64,000 bases of DNA from Antedon mediterranea (Eukaryota; Animalia; Echinodermata): the NCBI RefSeq assembly GCF_964355755.1, contig NC_092677.1, forward strand, positions 6,594,101 through 6,658,100, in the 5' to 3' direction. The position numbers and the translations under genes are program-made. Positions 24,859-38,941 of the stretch are shown here, in pieces (within the stretch, counting starts at the first letter, position 1; every line of letters begins with the position of its first letter). Below the pieces are notes generated by a model. The model was not told where the DNA came from. It worked only from the letters and a program-made list of their open reading frames with translations, and did not search any database.

Positions 24859-27800
24859 TCTCTTTTGGGCAGGATGGTTTGTAATTGTGCTAAAGTCTAC
24901 ATTTTTTTCTTTTTAAATCTTTTTTTATTCGATTTATCTAGCGTCTTTGGTTTTCTGTTGTTTTTTTTACTCTCTTCTAAGCTTCCTTCATTGTTTGACT
25001 ATTTGGTGTATCATCCGATAGTCTAAGTATGTGTCCATACCATTTTGATCTTCTTCGTTTTATTCTTTTACAACCAAATAGGAATACTTTAATTCAGGAG
25101 AACGATATAAACATATCTTCATCTGAGTGGAATGTATCGTAGGACTATAAATAGATTTTATACATTTTATTATATTTCTTATTCCGACCGTTTTCAACGG
25201 CACGCTTTAAAGTCCGGGAGGTCTGGAGTTTTACATCAGCAACGTTTTAATTTTAATCCGATACAATCATAACCAGACAATCCTAGCTTTTGTCATTTGT
25301 TACACTAAAACTAAATTAAATCTTCTTATATCTCATGTTTACACTTTAAAGCACGGAAATATTGTAATTGATGATTTAACTTGCTTCATAGTGTGGGTCT
25401 AAAGTGATTCGTTGTTACTGAACCTAGTAACCGTGTGTGCTGTTTGTTTTTTTGACAATAAAATGAAACTGAAAGAAAATATTACCATTTCCTGATACAA
25501 GTTCCGAGTTTTCACGCTGCTGCTCTAGCCCGCTACGTCCCATTAGGACTACTCAATCAGAAGCTAAAGCAAGCAGCAGTTATAGTTCTAAGGACGACAG
25601 TTTTGCGAAAATGGAAACTCCACTATAATTTATTGATTCCAGCTGCTACAGTAGACCCAAAAAACGTCTGGGAAAAGAGTCTATTAGGACATGTCATGCT
25701 AAAATTACAAATCCCAAAGCATTTCTGGTACTGTCAGATATTCATTGAATTATTATCAAAACAGTCCAACCATTAAAGTTTGTGTTTGTAATAGGATACT
25801 TCACACTTGAAATATCTAGGGTGATGAAGTGACCCCCAGACTTGACCTTAGCAATAAAATTAACTAAAGTGACAGAAATTGAGTATTTAAAAAAAAAATA
25901 TTTATTCACATATAAAAAGAGAAAAGAAACCCAAAAACCATGGTCTGACAGACAATTTAAGTATTTGTTGCTTTAAATTACATTTTTTTTCAGGTAAAAT
26001 AACTATTATGTGACAATAAAATGACACATTAAAAAACATTTGAAATAAACAATATTTTTCAATAAGCGAGCAGCGTTTTTTGTAAGAAATATTTCTTGTT
26101 TAGAAGTAGATTGATGGTTATTTTTGTGTAGCTAGAAGCAGCCTGTACATTTCATGATACTATATATCTATTATTAGATATTGCATATTATATTGAATCA
26201 AAACTGACCATATTTCTATGCTAGTGTATTGAATTTATAGTGTGATCCTGCCACAATACTATACAGGAAAAAGGGAACAATACATACAAAAAAACCACGT
26301 TACAACAATACACCTGAAACTTGAACCCCGCAGTTATATTTTTATTTTGTTATCGTAATTAATCATACTTGTTTTAATGGGATTACTTTCCTTGTGAATA
26401 ATAGACCTAGATTAAAATTTAATCACAATATTTGATTACATATGGTATAAGAAAATTAAATTATAATTTCATTCATTAAATATTAATAAACAACAAATAA
26501 TAAAGTAACATCGTCGCGTGCGTTTATTAATGCCGTTTATAGTAAATAGTAGAGTCAACAGTATTACAGTCGTGCTTTGTTCCCGCTATGACACAAGCGC
26601 ATCTACTTACGGAAATCATTTATCTTGCGTTGCGTTTTTACGACGCAATCTACGCAACGTAAGAAAATGCCATTCCAATCATTGTGTTTGCCCCGCCTGC
26701 GTGAAATAAAACCTGCGATTTTTCATTTCATTTATTTATTCGACCAACAAAACATATATACATAGGCCTACAATGTACAAAGATGAAATTGGTCAGGGAC
26801 TGCTGAAGTAATATAATTACTGTAACTACAAGATTCAGCAGTCCCATGATCTTCTGTTTTGTCGTCGGTTCCCACTTGTGTGGCAATACCTCAGGTTGCG
26901 TCAATACGTCGCTGCGCTGCGTTCTAGTGGGAACCACACTTAAGTGGGAACCAAGCTGTACAGTTGTCATGTGTGGTGTCGATCGATATGACGAAAGTGT
27001 AAGATAGAGAGAATGTACTTTAAAACATCCTTATAGTCCAACACAGATATTCAGATTCTGATTTTAAAAAATTCATCCATTTTCTGAAATTAGTTTCCGT
27101 AAGATACTTTATAGGCATGTTCAACATACTATATAGTCTGTGACCATGGTTCTATTGACTAATCCCTAACAACTGTTTTATAGTCAATGTTTCAGCTAAT
27201 TGCTCCACGGAAACCATTTTCAAAACCGGTATTGACGATTGAGATTAGTATTCTCTTTCTCAACAGTAACGGACCTTATGGCATTACATATAAACAATAA
27301 TTAAATTAATATTTAGACTACATTTTCGAAACAATCAGCGTTGTGTTAGCTGATCAATCATAGAGAATTGAACAACGCCGTCCTCCGCTCCCTGAAGAAT
27401 AAATGTAGCTTTGTTTAAGCGTGGTTCTTAAATCCATCTCGTCGTGATTGGTCTTAATCCAATTGAACCCAAACTTAATCGTATTTATGTAAGTGACAAT
27501 GATGGTTTAGGACAATCTTCTACAACCAATCATCTTACTAATAATACATTGCAAGCACAACTTCGTGATTCTTACGCATTTCTAACAGTACCTTTCAGGA
27601 AAACAACTGTCCAAAAAATTATCTGTCAACTTGTTGAAGAGGTAGTAACAGTCATATGTGGATAGTTAAAATGTGTTCTAATGATACCCTTAATCTACTA
27701 TATCTCCATTTTTCCTAATTGAAAGGGATCTAGGATTTCATGTATCGATTTAATTGCGGGGTTTAATAAGTACAACTGTAAGCTATGACTCTTTATAAAT

Positions 27801-28548
27801 TATTTACTTTTTCTGATGCTTTTGTTATTACTTTTGGGTATTAGAGTAAATCCGCTGTACTGATTCTGAAGTTTACGATTTAATTGAATTGACGGTTAGA
27901 TCTTTTTAATACTTAAGCGCACATTCACACTTGTTCCGTTTCACCGAATAAAAAAAAAATGCATTATATGATTTCCCATTATATAACAAAAAGCGGCAGG
28001 CGAATGTAGCTTTTTGTATTTTAAACATTTCCTATAAATAATTTGTCTAATGTAGTTTTTATTTACAAATTAAGCTCTTTTTACACTATCAAATTAGTTT
28101 GAAAAAAAGTATGATATGCCAAAATATGGTATAGATTTGACAAACTTGTGTCCATATATGGGCACAACACATTTACACATAAAGTTTGATAGTGTGGACA
28201 GATGTTTACTCGTGTATTTTGAACTAATGGCAGTAAATTGAAAGTTTCATTTACAGATATTTTATTAATTTGAAAATTTAATTTTTAATTTTAATAAAAA
28301 ATGTATTGTACTGTTGTATTGAGGTGTGGAGAAAACAAATCCAAACTAACAAAACGTTGAGGCAATAAGAAACTTCTTACTGACGTTTCTACAAAAATGT
28401 AAATAGTTAATTATTGCAATGTTTTATCGAAACCTGCAATAAAGTTAGGCTATTTAATATTGTATACGATTAAAACGCATGGTAAGTATTGTTCCATCCA
28501 TGTACGAGTTAGTTACTTAAATTAATATATATTTATATATGTATATAG

Positions 28549-28619
28549 ACTTGCACTGATGAAGGGCTACTGTTGCCCGAAAGCTCTGCTAACTTTTCTG
28601 GCCCTTCATCAGTGCAAGT
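28549..28619 (+). ncRNA. Minimal type I hammerhead ribozyme motif (Penelope-like) with an inverted partial copy
   Basis: gca-CTGATGA-agggc-tactgtt-gccc-GAAA-gc-TC-tgc. Perfect 19-bp inverted repeat 28549-28567 / 28601-28619, with (TA)n on both flanks. Confidence 0.6.
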
Positions 28620-31342
28620 GAGGGAATTTGGATAAAGTCATAGCATATATATATATATATATGCACATAGGCATAGAATGTATAAATGTTGTTATTAATA
28701 ATCCATTTAAAAATCGATGTACAACAACAACCATCTTTTGACTAACTTTCTATATATCGTTTTACTAATGCTTGCAATGCAATAAAACTATATCCTATCT
28801 GCTTTTTAATGCGAATGATTGATTTTACAATAATTAAAGAATAAAGACGTTAAATGTTAAAGAATAGGATAGCAAACGTCAATAATTTATGATATTAGGG
28901 CTGCTGCAAAAGCGTTATCAGACAGTTGGTTTTAAATAATAATAAGAATATGATAACATGGTGATCTAATAGCGCTTAATGTTCAAAGCCTCTAAACCCT
29001 TCACATAGTTTCCCCAATCATGTTTTGATCAAATACACACCTATAATGCCGAGCCAGTAATCAGCTCAGCTGTGTTTTGATATTACAAGCTGCCCATTTC
29101 AATCAGAATATATTTGTATAAGGCTTACAACTTGATATAAGTTATTTCGATTGTTGAAACCGCTTCATTTTGTCGTTTTAAGAGACAAAATGGAACAATT
29201 ATTGTAGGCCTATAGTTTACAAGAGTGGAGCTGTAGCTTAGTGGTTAACATGCTTACCTTCCAATCTATTTTGTCATTAGAAAACCTTTTTTTTTTCAAC
29301 AGAAGTGATTAACTTTATTAAAACTACAAAATAACGTCTGTTAGAAGTCTGATTTAATTAATCTTTATTTTTCATAAAAACAATACAACTTAGGCCTATT
29401 CACTTTAGGTTTTCCATTATTAAAAAAAAATAAAATTAAGCAGCAGAAAGATTCGGTGTTTTGAAAGAATAGTAGCTCAACCAAATAGTCTCCGCGGGTC
29501 ACTGTTGATCTACAAACCTACCTACTGGATGTGTCAAAAGTTGATTTGAGTAACTCCTGATCTGTAATGTATACGGCATAATCGACATTTATTCCCCAGG
29601 CTTGAAAAACATGATATCTTCCTGAAATTATCGAAATTTGTATTTCCCTGTAATTATCAAAATGCAAACTCTCCATTCGATAATTAGGCCTACAGGTAAA
29701 GTGTAAAGGTGTTTTGATAAATGTAGTCATATAATCGTTTTCCCCAATGAGTCAATCATCAGAAATACAATATTCTATGAATTGTTTCTGCCCTTTACCT
29801 GATTCTATCAACTTAATTTAACAGTAAATATGATCTTAAATTAAGTTTAATACACGGTTAAAGCAAAATTAGAGTGAGTCGAGTTATTATTTATACATTC
29901 GAACCTATTTAGGCTTACTTTAAGGCCAATTTCTATTGATCATACTATCCAATAATTATCGATCTATAGTTTCCCCTATGTTTTATTTTTTGTATTTTAT
30001 TTGTGTTACACGAGCATGTTGAAAATAAGCACTTTCTTATCAGCTAGGGATAGATCAAATTACACAGTTAACATCTCTGTTCTTTTGTACACAAATGTTG
30101 TAAATAAGGAGCATTTAAAAAAAAAATATGAATGGTAAATCGTTTTCCTGTAAATACCTAAGCCTGATAGTGGCCTTTGTTATTTGTGAGATTCCATGTT
30201 TTTCATAAAATTCAAACCCGACTAGTATTCCAAAACTGTGTCAAGTCTTTTTTTTATGAAAATGTATCTACAGAACTAAAACAATTCAACCTGGAGGTAA
30301 AAATGATATTTGTTTGGATTTTTAGTAACGTGATTTCTTTATTTAAATACCAAACAACCAGAAAAAGTGTGTGTTCAAATAAATAATTTAACATGATTTT
30401 TCCAATCCACGGAAATCAATTTCCATGTCTCTAAGATCATGCAATTATATTCTGAAAACAGTAGGGCCTAGACGTCATTAAAATTTGTTTGTAAAATTTC
30501 ATTTGGGCTCAAATGTTTAAAGAAACGATAGAAATTTAGATTATCATCTATAAACCCACTTAACTTTCCATGTGCCTAGATTTGAGTGGATTAACTTTCC
30601 ATACGTAAACATAGTGCGTAGTGAATTTTTACTTTACAGCTCACTATGTTGGTCGGTCGGTCGGTAAACACTAACTTAAATTTGAGCACGCGACTGCAGC
30701 CATGTATATGGCCTTGTTTTTATTCGCCGATTGAGAAAATATTTTAAACACGTATAGGCCTAAGAGTATATACCTTGTTTTTATTTAAAAGCCTTTCTTT
30801 AGTAGAAGGTTAGCCTATATCGTAATTCCCTCTGTCTCTTCCCTGACTACATTCCTCACATATCAATTCTTATTATTTGTTATTGAAGATTATTTTTACA
30901 ATAAATCATAAAAGCAGACGTCATACAAAACTAGCTTTCCTACTCCCTAATAATTTTAAAGCGACTATTGCTATAACAAATTTGTAATTTAATATTCCCT
31001 GGACGGTTGTCTTCTTTAATGGAATACATAACTTCCGTACTTAATGGAATTCAAACTTTTTCATTATTCGAATTAAATATGAAGCTTCCGTAATCACTTA
31101 TGTATTGTCACTGACATCCGAAATATGTTGAAAATTACATTTATAAAAACGGAAATCGAATGACAAAAATCATTTTTAACAGATTTGTATCTTATTCATA
31201 AATTTTTCAGTTCGTTGGCAGATTAGTGGACGCTAAGTATTGACATATTTTAATATTAATAACTTTTAAACTCTGTTAGTTACGTTATATCATAGAGGAA
31301 ATGTTTTTATTTTTTTTCCTTCATGGTTATATACACTGTCCT

Positions 31343-31712
31343 TTTTTAGTCGCGTGCAACTCGACTCAAAACATTTCATTCAAATCATTTCATTCAAAAC
31401 ATTTCATTCAAAACATTCAATTTTAAACATTTCATTCAAAACATTTCATTCAAAACATTTCGTTCAAAACATTTCATTCAAAACATTTTATTCAAAACAT
31501 TCAATTCAAAACATTTCATTCAAAACATTTCATTCAAAACATTTCATTCAAAACATTTCATTCAAAACATTTCATTCAAAACATTTTATTCAAAACATTC
31601 AATTCAAAACATTTCATTCAAAACATTTCATTCAAAACATTTCATTGAAAACATTTTATTCAAAACATTTCATTCAAAAAATTCAATTCAAAAAATTCAA
31701 TTCCAAACATTT
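31343..31712 (+). repeat. 14-bp minisatellite (aaaacatttcattc)n, about 24 units, fused to a HINE 5' end
   Basis: Directly visible tandem units, preceded by tttttagtcgcgtgcaactcgactc, which matches the start of the 24748 element. Confidence 0.9.
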
Positions 31713-32679
31713 TAATCTTATATCGCGCCTTTCAATTCATATCGATGCATTTCATTCACATATCGCGTCATAAAATTCATATCATCGAAAAGTTGCGTAA
31801 ACGGCGTTCCATACTAATATGCTTCTTTTCCAATTGCATATGCTAATCGAAGGGAGAGCCCACCTAATCCTAAAAGATGGAACACTACAGCACTTATTTT
31901 AAAATGTTTAGGTCCAGAGCAGGCATTATTTCATTGGATCGGCCAGTGAAGGATGTAAGGCAATCTAGCTTTTTCAGTCTCGCTATTGTTTTGGCACAGT
32001 AAACAAAAGATTAATTTTCAACCAACTTAATACAATCCTGATAAAAAAATCATGATGAAAACACATTTTACCCAGAAGACTTTTCTTTCTTACATGTATG
32101 CTCTTTTTCTGTATTTCTTTTTAGGCCTATAATAAACAGTTGAAATTCCACACCACATTTGTTATGTTCGTCTTAATATACCGAACCGAAGAGTGATCAC
32201 ATTGGAAACTCTTAATCTATTGTAAGACTTGATATTGAATACACATGACGTTTAAACTGTAACAAAAATATCCTTCAACTTTCCTATATATAATACATTG
32301 TGAAGGCGCCAGTATAGAAAATGTAAATTTTTGAAAGACTATCATCCTTAGTTGTCACAGATAGGCTTATATGATTATTTTACGTACTATTTTGAAAAGA
32401 TCATTCTTAGTTCAATGTCTTAATGTTGTCAACCAATTATTACCATTATTAGTTACTACGTTTCCATTAAGTATTATTGCTCCTGCAGATTTTAACACTA
32501 TTATTGTCGATGCTTTCGGTAGAGCCGATTCTCGGTACTGTGTCTATAATTTGAAGACGAAGACGCGCATTGCCACGTGCATCACATATAACTGTACCAA
32601 AACCTTAAAACATACAGGCGTCTGTGATACTGTACTTAATGTGACAATGTATTACAGAATTTACGACTCTAAATAGATG

Positions 32680-32776
32680 AAAGCTCTGTCTACACTATCA
32701 AAATTTATGTGACAAAAACATGTGATGCACTTCACACTTGTTTGTCAAACTAGTTTGATAGTGTAGACAGAGCTTT
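32680..32776. mobile_element. MITE family C (TIR agctctgtctacactatcaaa)
   Basis: aagctctgtctacactatcaaa...tttgatagtgtagacagagctt. Related copies at ~30-140, ~6741-6900, ~28072-28206 and ~60461-60608. Confidence 0.75.
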
Positions 32777-33039
32777 ATATACAGAAAACAAATTAATTTA
32801 AAGCAATGATTTCGTGAAAATACAACGATTTTATTCGTTGATCATGACGCCATTTTATTCATCGAATACATTATAAATCAAAACCTTTAGTTTTAGAATG
32901 AAAACTGCTGACATTTCTTTAGTTGTCCGTTGTATGTATACCGTATTATCTATTTATCGTCTCTGTTTATCTTTTTTATTTTTTTTTTTATTCTCATTTT
33001 AGACAAGTTGCGAAGGATATCCACAATTAAATGTATTCA

Positions 33040-33232
33040 CTATCCTTCTTAAAGGACGTTCACAAGACAAACATATACACAAGATGCTCAACAAAAACAA
33101 AGACTTATAATTACAAGTCTTTGGGAGTGGAGTTGCAAATTGTCATGAGAATAAATCCTGACATATGACAGGACTTGAACCCAGGACTCTTGGATTGGTA
33201 GCCAACCATCATAACCACCAAGCCACAACTCC
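33040..33232 (-). mobile_element. tRNA-derived SINE (same family as 3918-4150)
   Basis: Reverse complement reads agtggagttgtggcttggtggtt...gggttcaagtcctgtc...aactccactcccaaagacttgtaat. Confidence 0.7.
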
Positions 33233-34934
33233 ACTGTTATCCTTGCGCAGTAAAAACGGGTCTTAATGATATGAAGATATATACTGTAGTACAAAGAATC
33301 GTATTCAATCGGTTATTGTTAAAGTGAGCAATATTCTACACCAGAACAATTAAATTAACGTATAAGCAATTAATATCAATTAGAATGTCAATAAACGTCT
33401 GTATTTCTTTATCCTATGAAGTAGTATAGTTACCTGATTCGTATAATTTGACGTCATAATATTTAAAATATCAAAGAGTCGTTATACTCTTTACGTGAGT
33501 ATTGCATTTACTCTGCCGTCGTCTTATAGACATATCGACTGCACGTCGACTATGTGACACACACATTCGATGTGAGGAATCAGAGCGCGAGATTCTGCGT
33601 TATGACGATTGTGGCGTCAACGTTTTCCATTTTTTTTTACTGAAATAAAATTATAAAATTTATACCGCACATTTCCGTGGCAGTAATCATAAACAGCGAC
33701 TGTGCTTTACTACAATAACATTGGTTAAAATAAATAGGCCTATGATGTCTTTAAATGTTTTTAAAAATGATAGCAGTTGTTTTTAAAGTGTTAATTGATC
33801 GAAGCGAGTGCAATAACTGTACATATTATGTATATCTAAGAAATGCACAGGTTTTATTTGATTTCATAGTCTGCTTATAAAAAAACTCTTTATCATTTTT
33901 AGTACCGTCATCTAAAGCAATTAAAAGATGTTCCTCCATCGTTAATTTTTTAGCGAATGTTGCGTGCGCGATACACACGTTACGTTTAAGCTTCCGTTCG
34001 AATCATGAAATCAAAAATAACAATTACTGTTCGCCAAATTATGCTAGTATGCAAATGAGTAGAATGTTGACATAATCCGTTAACGTTACGTGCTCCTGCG
34101 AGAACTCCCTTCTGATACCACCATTTGTGGGTTACACGTGCTAATTTCTACTAGTGAGTAGGCCTATATAAAATCATTTTGAATTGCTCTATTTCAATAT
34201 AATAGTGTCTAATTTTAATATCATATCTCTGTGATAGACAATAATTATAAAGTAGAAGGTAAAGGTAGCGTATCGTCATAGAAACTTCTATAATGCTAAC
34301 AATAACATAAAAACATCTCATTTTTTGCACACGGTGTAGTTATAGTTGTTACACAATATTAACTGAAAGATATGTTGTCTCTGTAATCTCTTTACTCTAT
34401 ACAACCTGAATTGACCGTATTAAATATTGATAGGACTAACACATTCTAGGTTAACGCTTAAACCTTGTAACTAGACTCTATATATTTTGAAAAACAATAC
34501 AACGTTTACTAAAAAAATACAATCCAGTCAATTCAAAAGAAAGAATAAATAAATTAGCTACATAAAAAACACAAATAAGTTTTTTCTTCCATTTAAAAAT
34601 ATGTCCGAAATTCTGGAAAAGTACATCTTTATTTATTGGAACTTCATAAGATATAGTACAAGCTAATCTAAATAACATAAAAGTATTATTATTATTATTA
34701 TTTCATTTTTATTTTCGTAAAAGATTGATCAAAAAGTATCATTGAATTCAAACTCCGTATGTGTGTCCGTATGCATTTATTCAAACCTGCCATTCGTTAT
34801 TTGTATGTAAATGTGGATAGGATATGGCTTAAGCATTAATGTAGGCTAACATGTTGTAGAATGATTGCCTCCGGTTAAAAGTGATAATGAAAGGAGCTCC
34901 ACGTACATTCGGAGAATTACAATCATACTTCTGT

Positions 34935-35300
34935 CGAAGTCAGTTCGTCCTGTAAACTGTTATATGAGGTGGTCATTTTGACTCATCTACATCGCCAAGC
35001 AAGTTAATTGATCCATCGTGTCAGAAGGTTCGAGTGATGGTCTATTAAAGTCAGTTCGTCCTACAAACTGTTACTTGAGGTGGTCATCTATTTCTATTCA
35101 ATGATCTTCTTATCGACATTCAGCGAGCAAATTAATTGATCGATCATGTTAGAAAGTTCGATTGATGGTCTATCAAAGTCAGTTTGTCCTACAAACTGTT
35201 GCTTGAGGTGGTCATCTGATATTCGCCTCGGTATATTTCTATTCAATGATCTTCTTATCAACATTCAGTGAGCAAGGTAACTGATCGATTATGTTAGAAA
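34935..35300 (+). repeat. Three degenerate tandem copies of a 110-130 bp unit
   Basis: aagtcagtt(c/t)gtcct...aaactgtt...gaggtggtcat at ~34937, ~35048 and ~35176. Confidence 0.8.
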
Positions 35301-35541
35301 GTTAATTTGGTGGTGACGAATAAAGTAATGAAAAAAAATCAGCATGTCCTTCGGAGAATATCAATTATACAACTCTCAACAATCATTTTATAGAAGTCGG
35401 TCATGTGAGTGTCCCCGCCTTAGTATATTGTTGTTGAACAATGTTTCACAATTCGGTACGGTAGGCCTAAATTAGTTTGGTCAAATTTCGCATGCGCACT
35501 AAGACGCCTGCCTGTGCTTAAGCTGATTTTCTAAATATTAA

Positions 35542-36137
35542 AGATGTATTGTCCCTTGAAACACAAAAAATGAAAAAAAAAATTTTTTCTAAATTTACAT
35601 TGGCCATATCAAAGTAATATTAAAGTTATTCACTTTAAGTCAAAAATTCGAGCCAAAAACAACAAGTTTAATTTTACGTAATTAACAGGTAAATTAATTA
35701 GATTACATTTCGTCTGGGAAACCGTCGCAAGCGAAAGTAAACAAAGATTTCAAACCATGAGTATGCATTATGCATGATGGTAATTAGGATTGTTTACAAC
35801 TCGTCACGGTTGAGAAGGTGTTTTCACACAGATCGCGAGGAAGTTTTATGATTATGCGTACCAGGGAAGAGTTAAATTATTAATTAACTCTTCCCTGTGC
35901 GTACAGAGTAGCCAAACAAGCGTGTTGCATTATCAGATATGTTTGGATTGAAAACTTTGACTGGAAGTCAAAGTTATTTTTTGAACAAAAAAACATCTGT
36001 ATTTCTTTTAAATTATTTTTTTTCGACAAATTTTTGGTGAAATTTAATAACTATTATGAGATTATAAAATGACCCACTTTTTTTCGAAATTTAAAAAAAA
36101 AATTGTTTTGGGAATTAGTAAAAGGGACAATACATCT
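35542..36137. mobile_element. Kolobok-like non-autonomous element (TTAA target, AG...CT termini)
   Basis: TTAA|agatgtattgtccc ... gggacaatacatct|TTAA. A partial copy of the same interior lies at ~2626-3090. Confidence 0.8.
35855..35904. other. 36-bp palindrome with exact 7-bp direct flanks (candidate P/Galileo excision footprint)
   Basis: TGCGTAC-cagggaagagttaaattattaattaactcttccctg-TGCGTAC. The paralogous MITE copy at ~2935-2950 has the empty site. Confidence 0.7.
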
Positions 36138-37254
36138 TTAAATTACTGTTTACTTAAAAGTTAGGCTTGAAAACAAGAATTAGTACAGAATTTGCTTATA
36201 TGTCCCGATTATTCGAATTGTACAAATTCAGTACGGAAAAAAACATTGCTCTCGAAAAAGTTGAAATAATTCACTAATTAGGATTCGTCAAGCAGAGTTT
36301 CGTTAGACCAGCCACTTTTTGTAAGTCATCGTTTCACTTTTTTTGTGAATTATGGGTAATAGAGTTATGTACGTTGTTTTTTCTTAGACAACAGATTGGT
36401 TAGTTACCGCAGGGAAGGTCATCAAAAGATTCGACGCAACGCAAAGACGTAAGAAGCGCCGTAATACGTGGTTCTTACGTCGTAGATTGGTCAAATCACT
36501 TTGTGTTGAGTTACGTCCTTGTGTTGTGTATCTAGTGGGAAACAATCATTAGCAATTTGACCAATCATGGTTCATGGACCATCCGAATTGTCTCCTGTGG
36601 TTGGTCAACATTAAAAGTCTTCTGTGTATTAATAAGTAGTATATCTTGGATCATTTTGATACGATGGTCTTAAATGTCGTTGTGTTTTAATGAATGCACA
36701 CAGTGCAGGCGTTTAAGCAAACTCACGTAAAATATATTTCCAATTCTCTAGGCATTCAAAGTTACTTTTGAAATTTGACAATTATGAATTTGACCTGAAA
36801 GAAATGTACTAATTCAGCATTAGCATATGTAATCACCGAGTATTTACTCAATTTTATAACTAAATTCCATAAATTACATATATATTCACATAAACACAAT
36901 TGAATTACAAAGTTTTATTTATACTGTAAGTACAAGTAATATCCATAGTCATTTTATGTGAAATAAAAGTACAATGTCAGGTTAAAGTAATATTATATAG
37001 TTATTTTATTGTTATTTGTCAAGAAGATTCACAGTTTTGTAAAATGCGTGGACAGGTTAAGTGTCCAAAAGTATAAGACAATTAGGACTATTAATTAGAA
37101 CATTGTAAATATTATTGGAAAGATTTTACATTTAATTATTTTGTAATGGATGTTTTACAACCCGTCCTAGAATGACTCGTACAGTATGGTATCGTGTAGT
37201 AGAGAATTTAATACACTAAAGCGATCTATTTCCAAAGTAGCATAAGAATATTTT

Positions 37255-37445
37255 GTAATAATATTAATGTATTGTTGTTCGATTTATAAAGCGCGTTACA
37301 CAATCAAAAGATTGTCCCAAAGCGCAGAATGTTTTGAACTATGATAGAGGATGCATTTTTTCATAGGATCAGGAAGATTGTTCCACAGTTTAGGAGCTGC
37401 AACTGCAAAGGCTCGATCACCATAGGTCCATCCATCATCTCATTT
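37255..37445 (-). mobile_element. L2 LINE 3' end fragment
   Basis: Minus strand encodes TYGDRAFAVAAPKLWNNLPD, followed by an aacgcgctttataaat tail and an (att)-rich end. Confidence 0.75.
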
Positions 37446-38941
37446 ACATCACACGTGGTGCCTGTATCACGTAAAGTTAGGTCAAGGGTTAGGTGGCTAC
37501 TAGATACATGTGATATTGTATTACCAATATTCCTATAATACCTGGGAAATAAATACAGTACCGAAAATCGACTGTTTATAGCATAGTTTACCGTCGATAA
37601 TTCATAACAAAATTGTGGTATTGATTGTATATTATAGGCATGCAGTTATAATAAGAGTTTCATTTTATGATAATCTTTTTTTATTAGTATAGCTATCGTT
37701 TGACCAGCTGCCCTAATCACTAATGCAGATGTCTTTTTTAATTAAAAAAAATATATTAATAATAATAATAAAGCCAATATGATTACACATTGTTGAATAT
37801 GGTTTATATTTAAACAATGTATAATTACATTAGCTTTTTTTTTTTTTATTAAATATTGGTTGAAGGTCATACTGTGGAAAGTGGCATCCGTGATTTGTTA
37901 AAACGTATTATGATTGGGTCTTGCAGCCTCTATTAGCTGAAAATTTGGTTCCGATATGACAACACTAAATTACTCATATGGAACTTTCGATTTTACCATA
38001 ATAAGGATCTAGATTTATGACGTCATATTTATGTAGGCCTACTATTTACATAGTTCAGTTTGAACATTTTTTAACAAGTCTACGTCGCGACGCGTCGGAC
38101 CCAATTCCGTTGATTCTGAAACGCGTTTTAATGTCATGCTATTAAAATACGACCTTGGATTCCGTTATCGCACTGCTTGCGCATTTTAACATCTTTTACC
38201 TATACACGCAAATCTCTATCACGTGCTCACTCATACTTCATAAGATTCGCCGTACGTGACACTAGTATAATTTGTTTTACTTTAATACCAATATTAAAAC
38301 ATAGGTGGTAGGCGTACCAGTACAAATTTACATTTGCACTATTCACCCTAAATTATTATTTATTTACATAATATTGTTATAATGCTCTGTTGATTTGAAA
38401 CTATTAATAGTTATTATTATTATTATTATTGTGTAAAGGAAATACGCATTATAGTTATAAATAAACGCTAGGCCAATCAACAATGTTTTTGTAGCCTCTA
38501 ATTATTATTAGTAGTATACGTACTTAGCAAGTAATTTAAATAATGGGTAGGCCTACTTACTATCAGGATGCTTCGATTCACAACCTTTTTAATAAGTGTA
38601 AAAGAAAGAACATGGTCGTGTGGGACACGACGGATCTATGATTTTTTAAACGGGAGAACACTTGGGCGCGATGCCACCATCGGCCCTTGTCGGCGTATTC
38701 TAAAACCGATCTTTAGTCGTAGTTCGAACTTTTCAGTTCCAATTAATGACGTCAGGGCGTGTTTCACGCGTCTGGTAAACAAAGGCTATTAGCCAATGAT
38801 AGGACAGTATTCAAGTATAATGTGGTATTTACATTATTTAATAATAATATTTATTCGGCAAAAGTTCTTAAAAGTACGTTTTACAAATTATCTTGCCAGG
38901 AGCAAGTAATAGGCATGAGCCCAATCAGAAAACGGCTCTTA

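Noticed and set aside
30408-30427. 20-bp palindrome cacggaaatcaatttccatg as a scar
   Set aside because: Flanks tccaatc / tctctaa do not match.
31354-31773. 139-aa repetitive ORF (SFKTFHSKHFIQNI)n
   Set aside because: Translation artefact of the 14-bp minisatellite, with a GTG start inside a transposon end.
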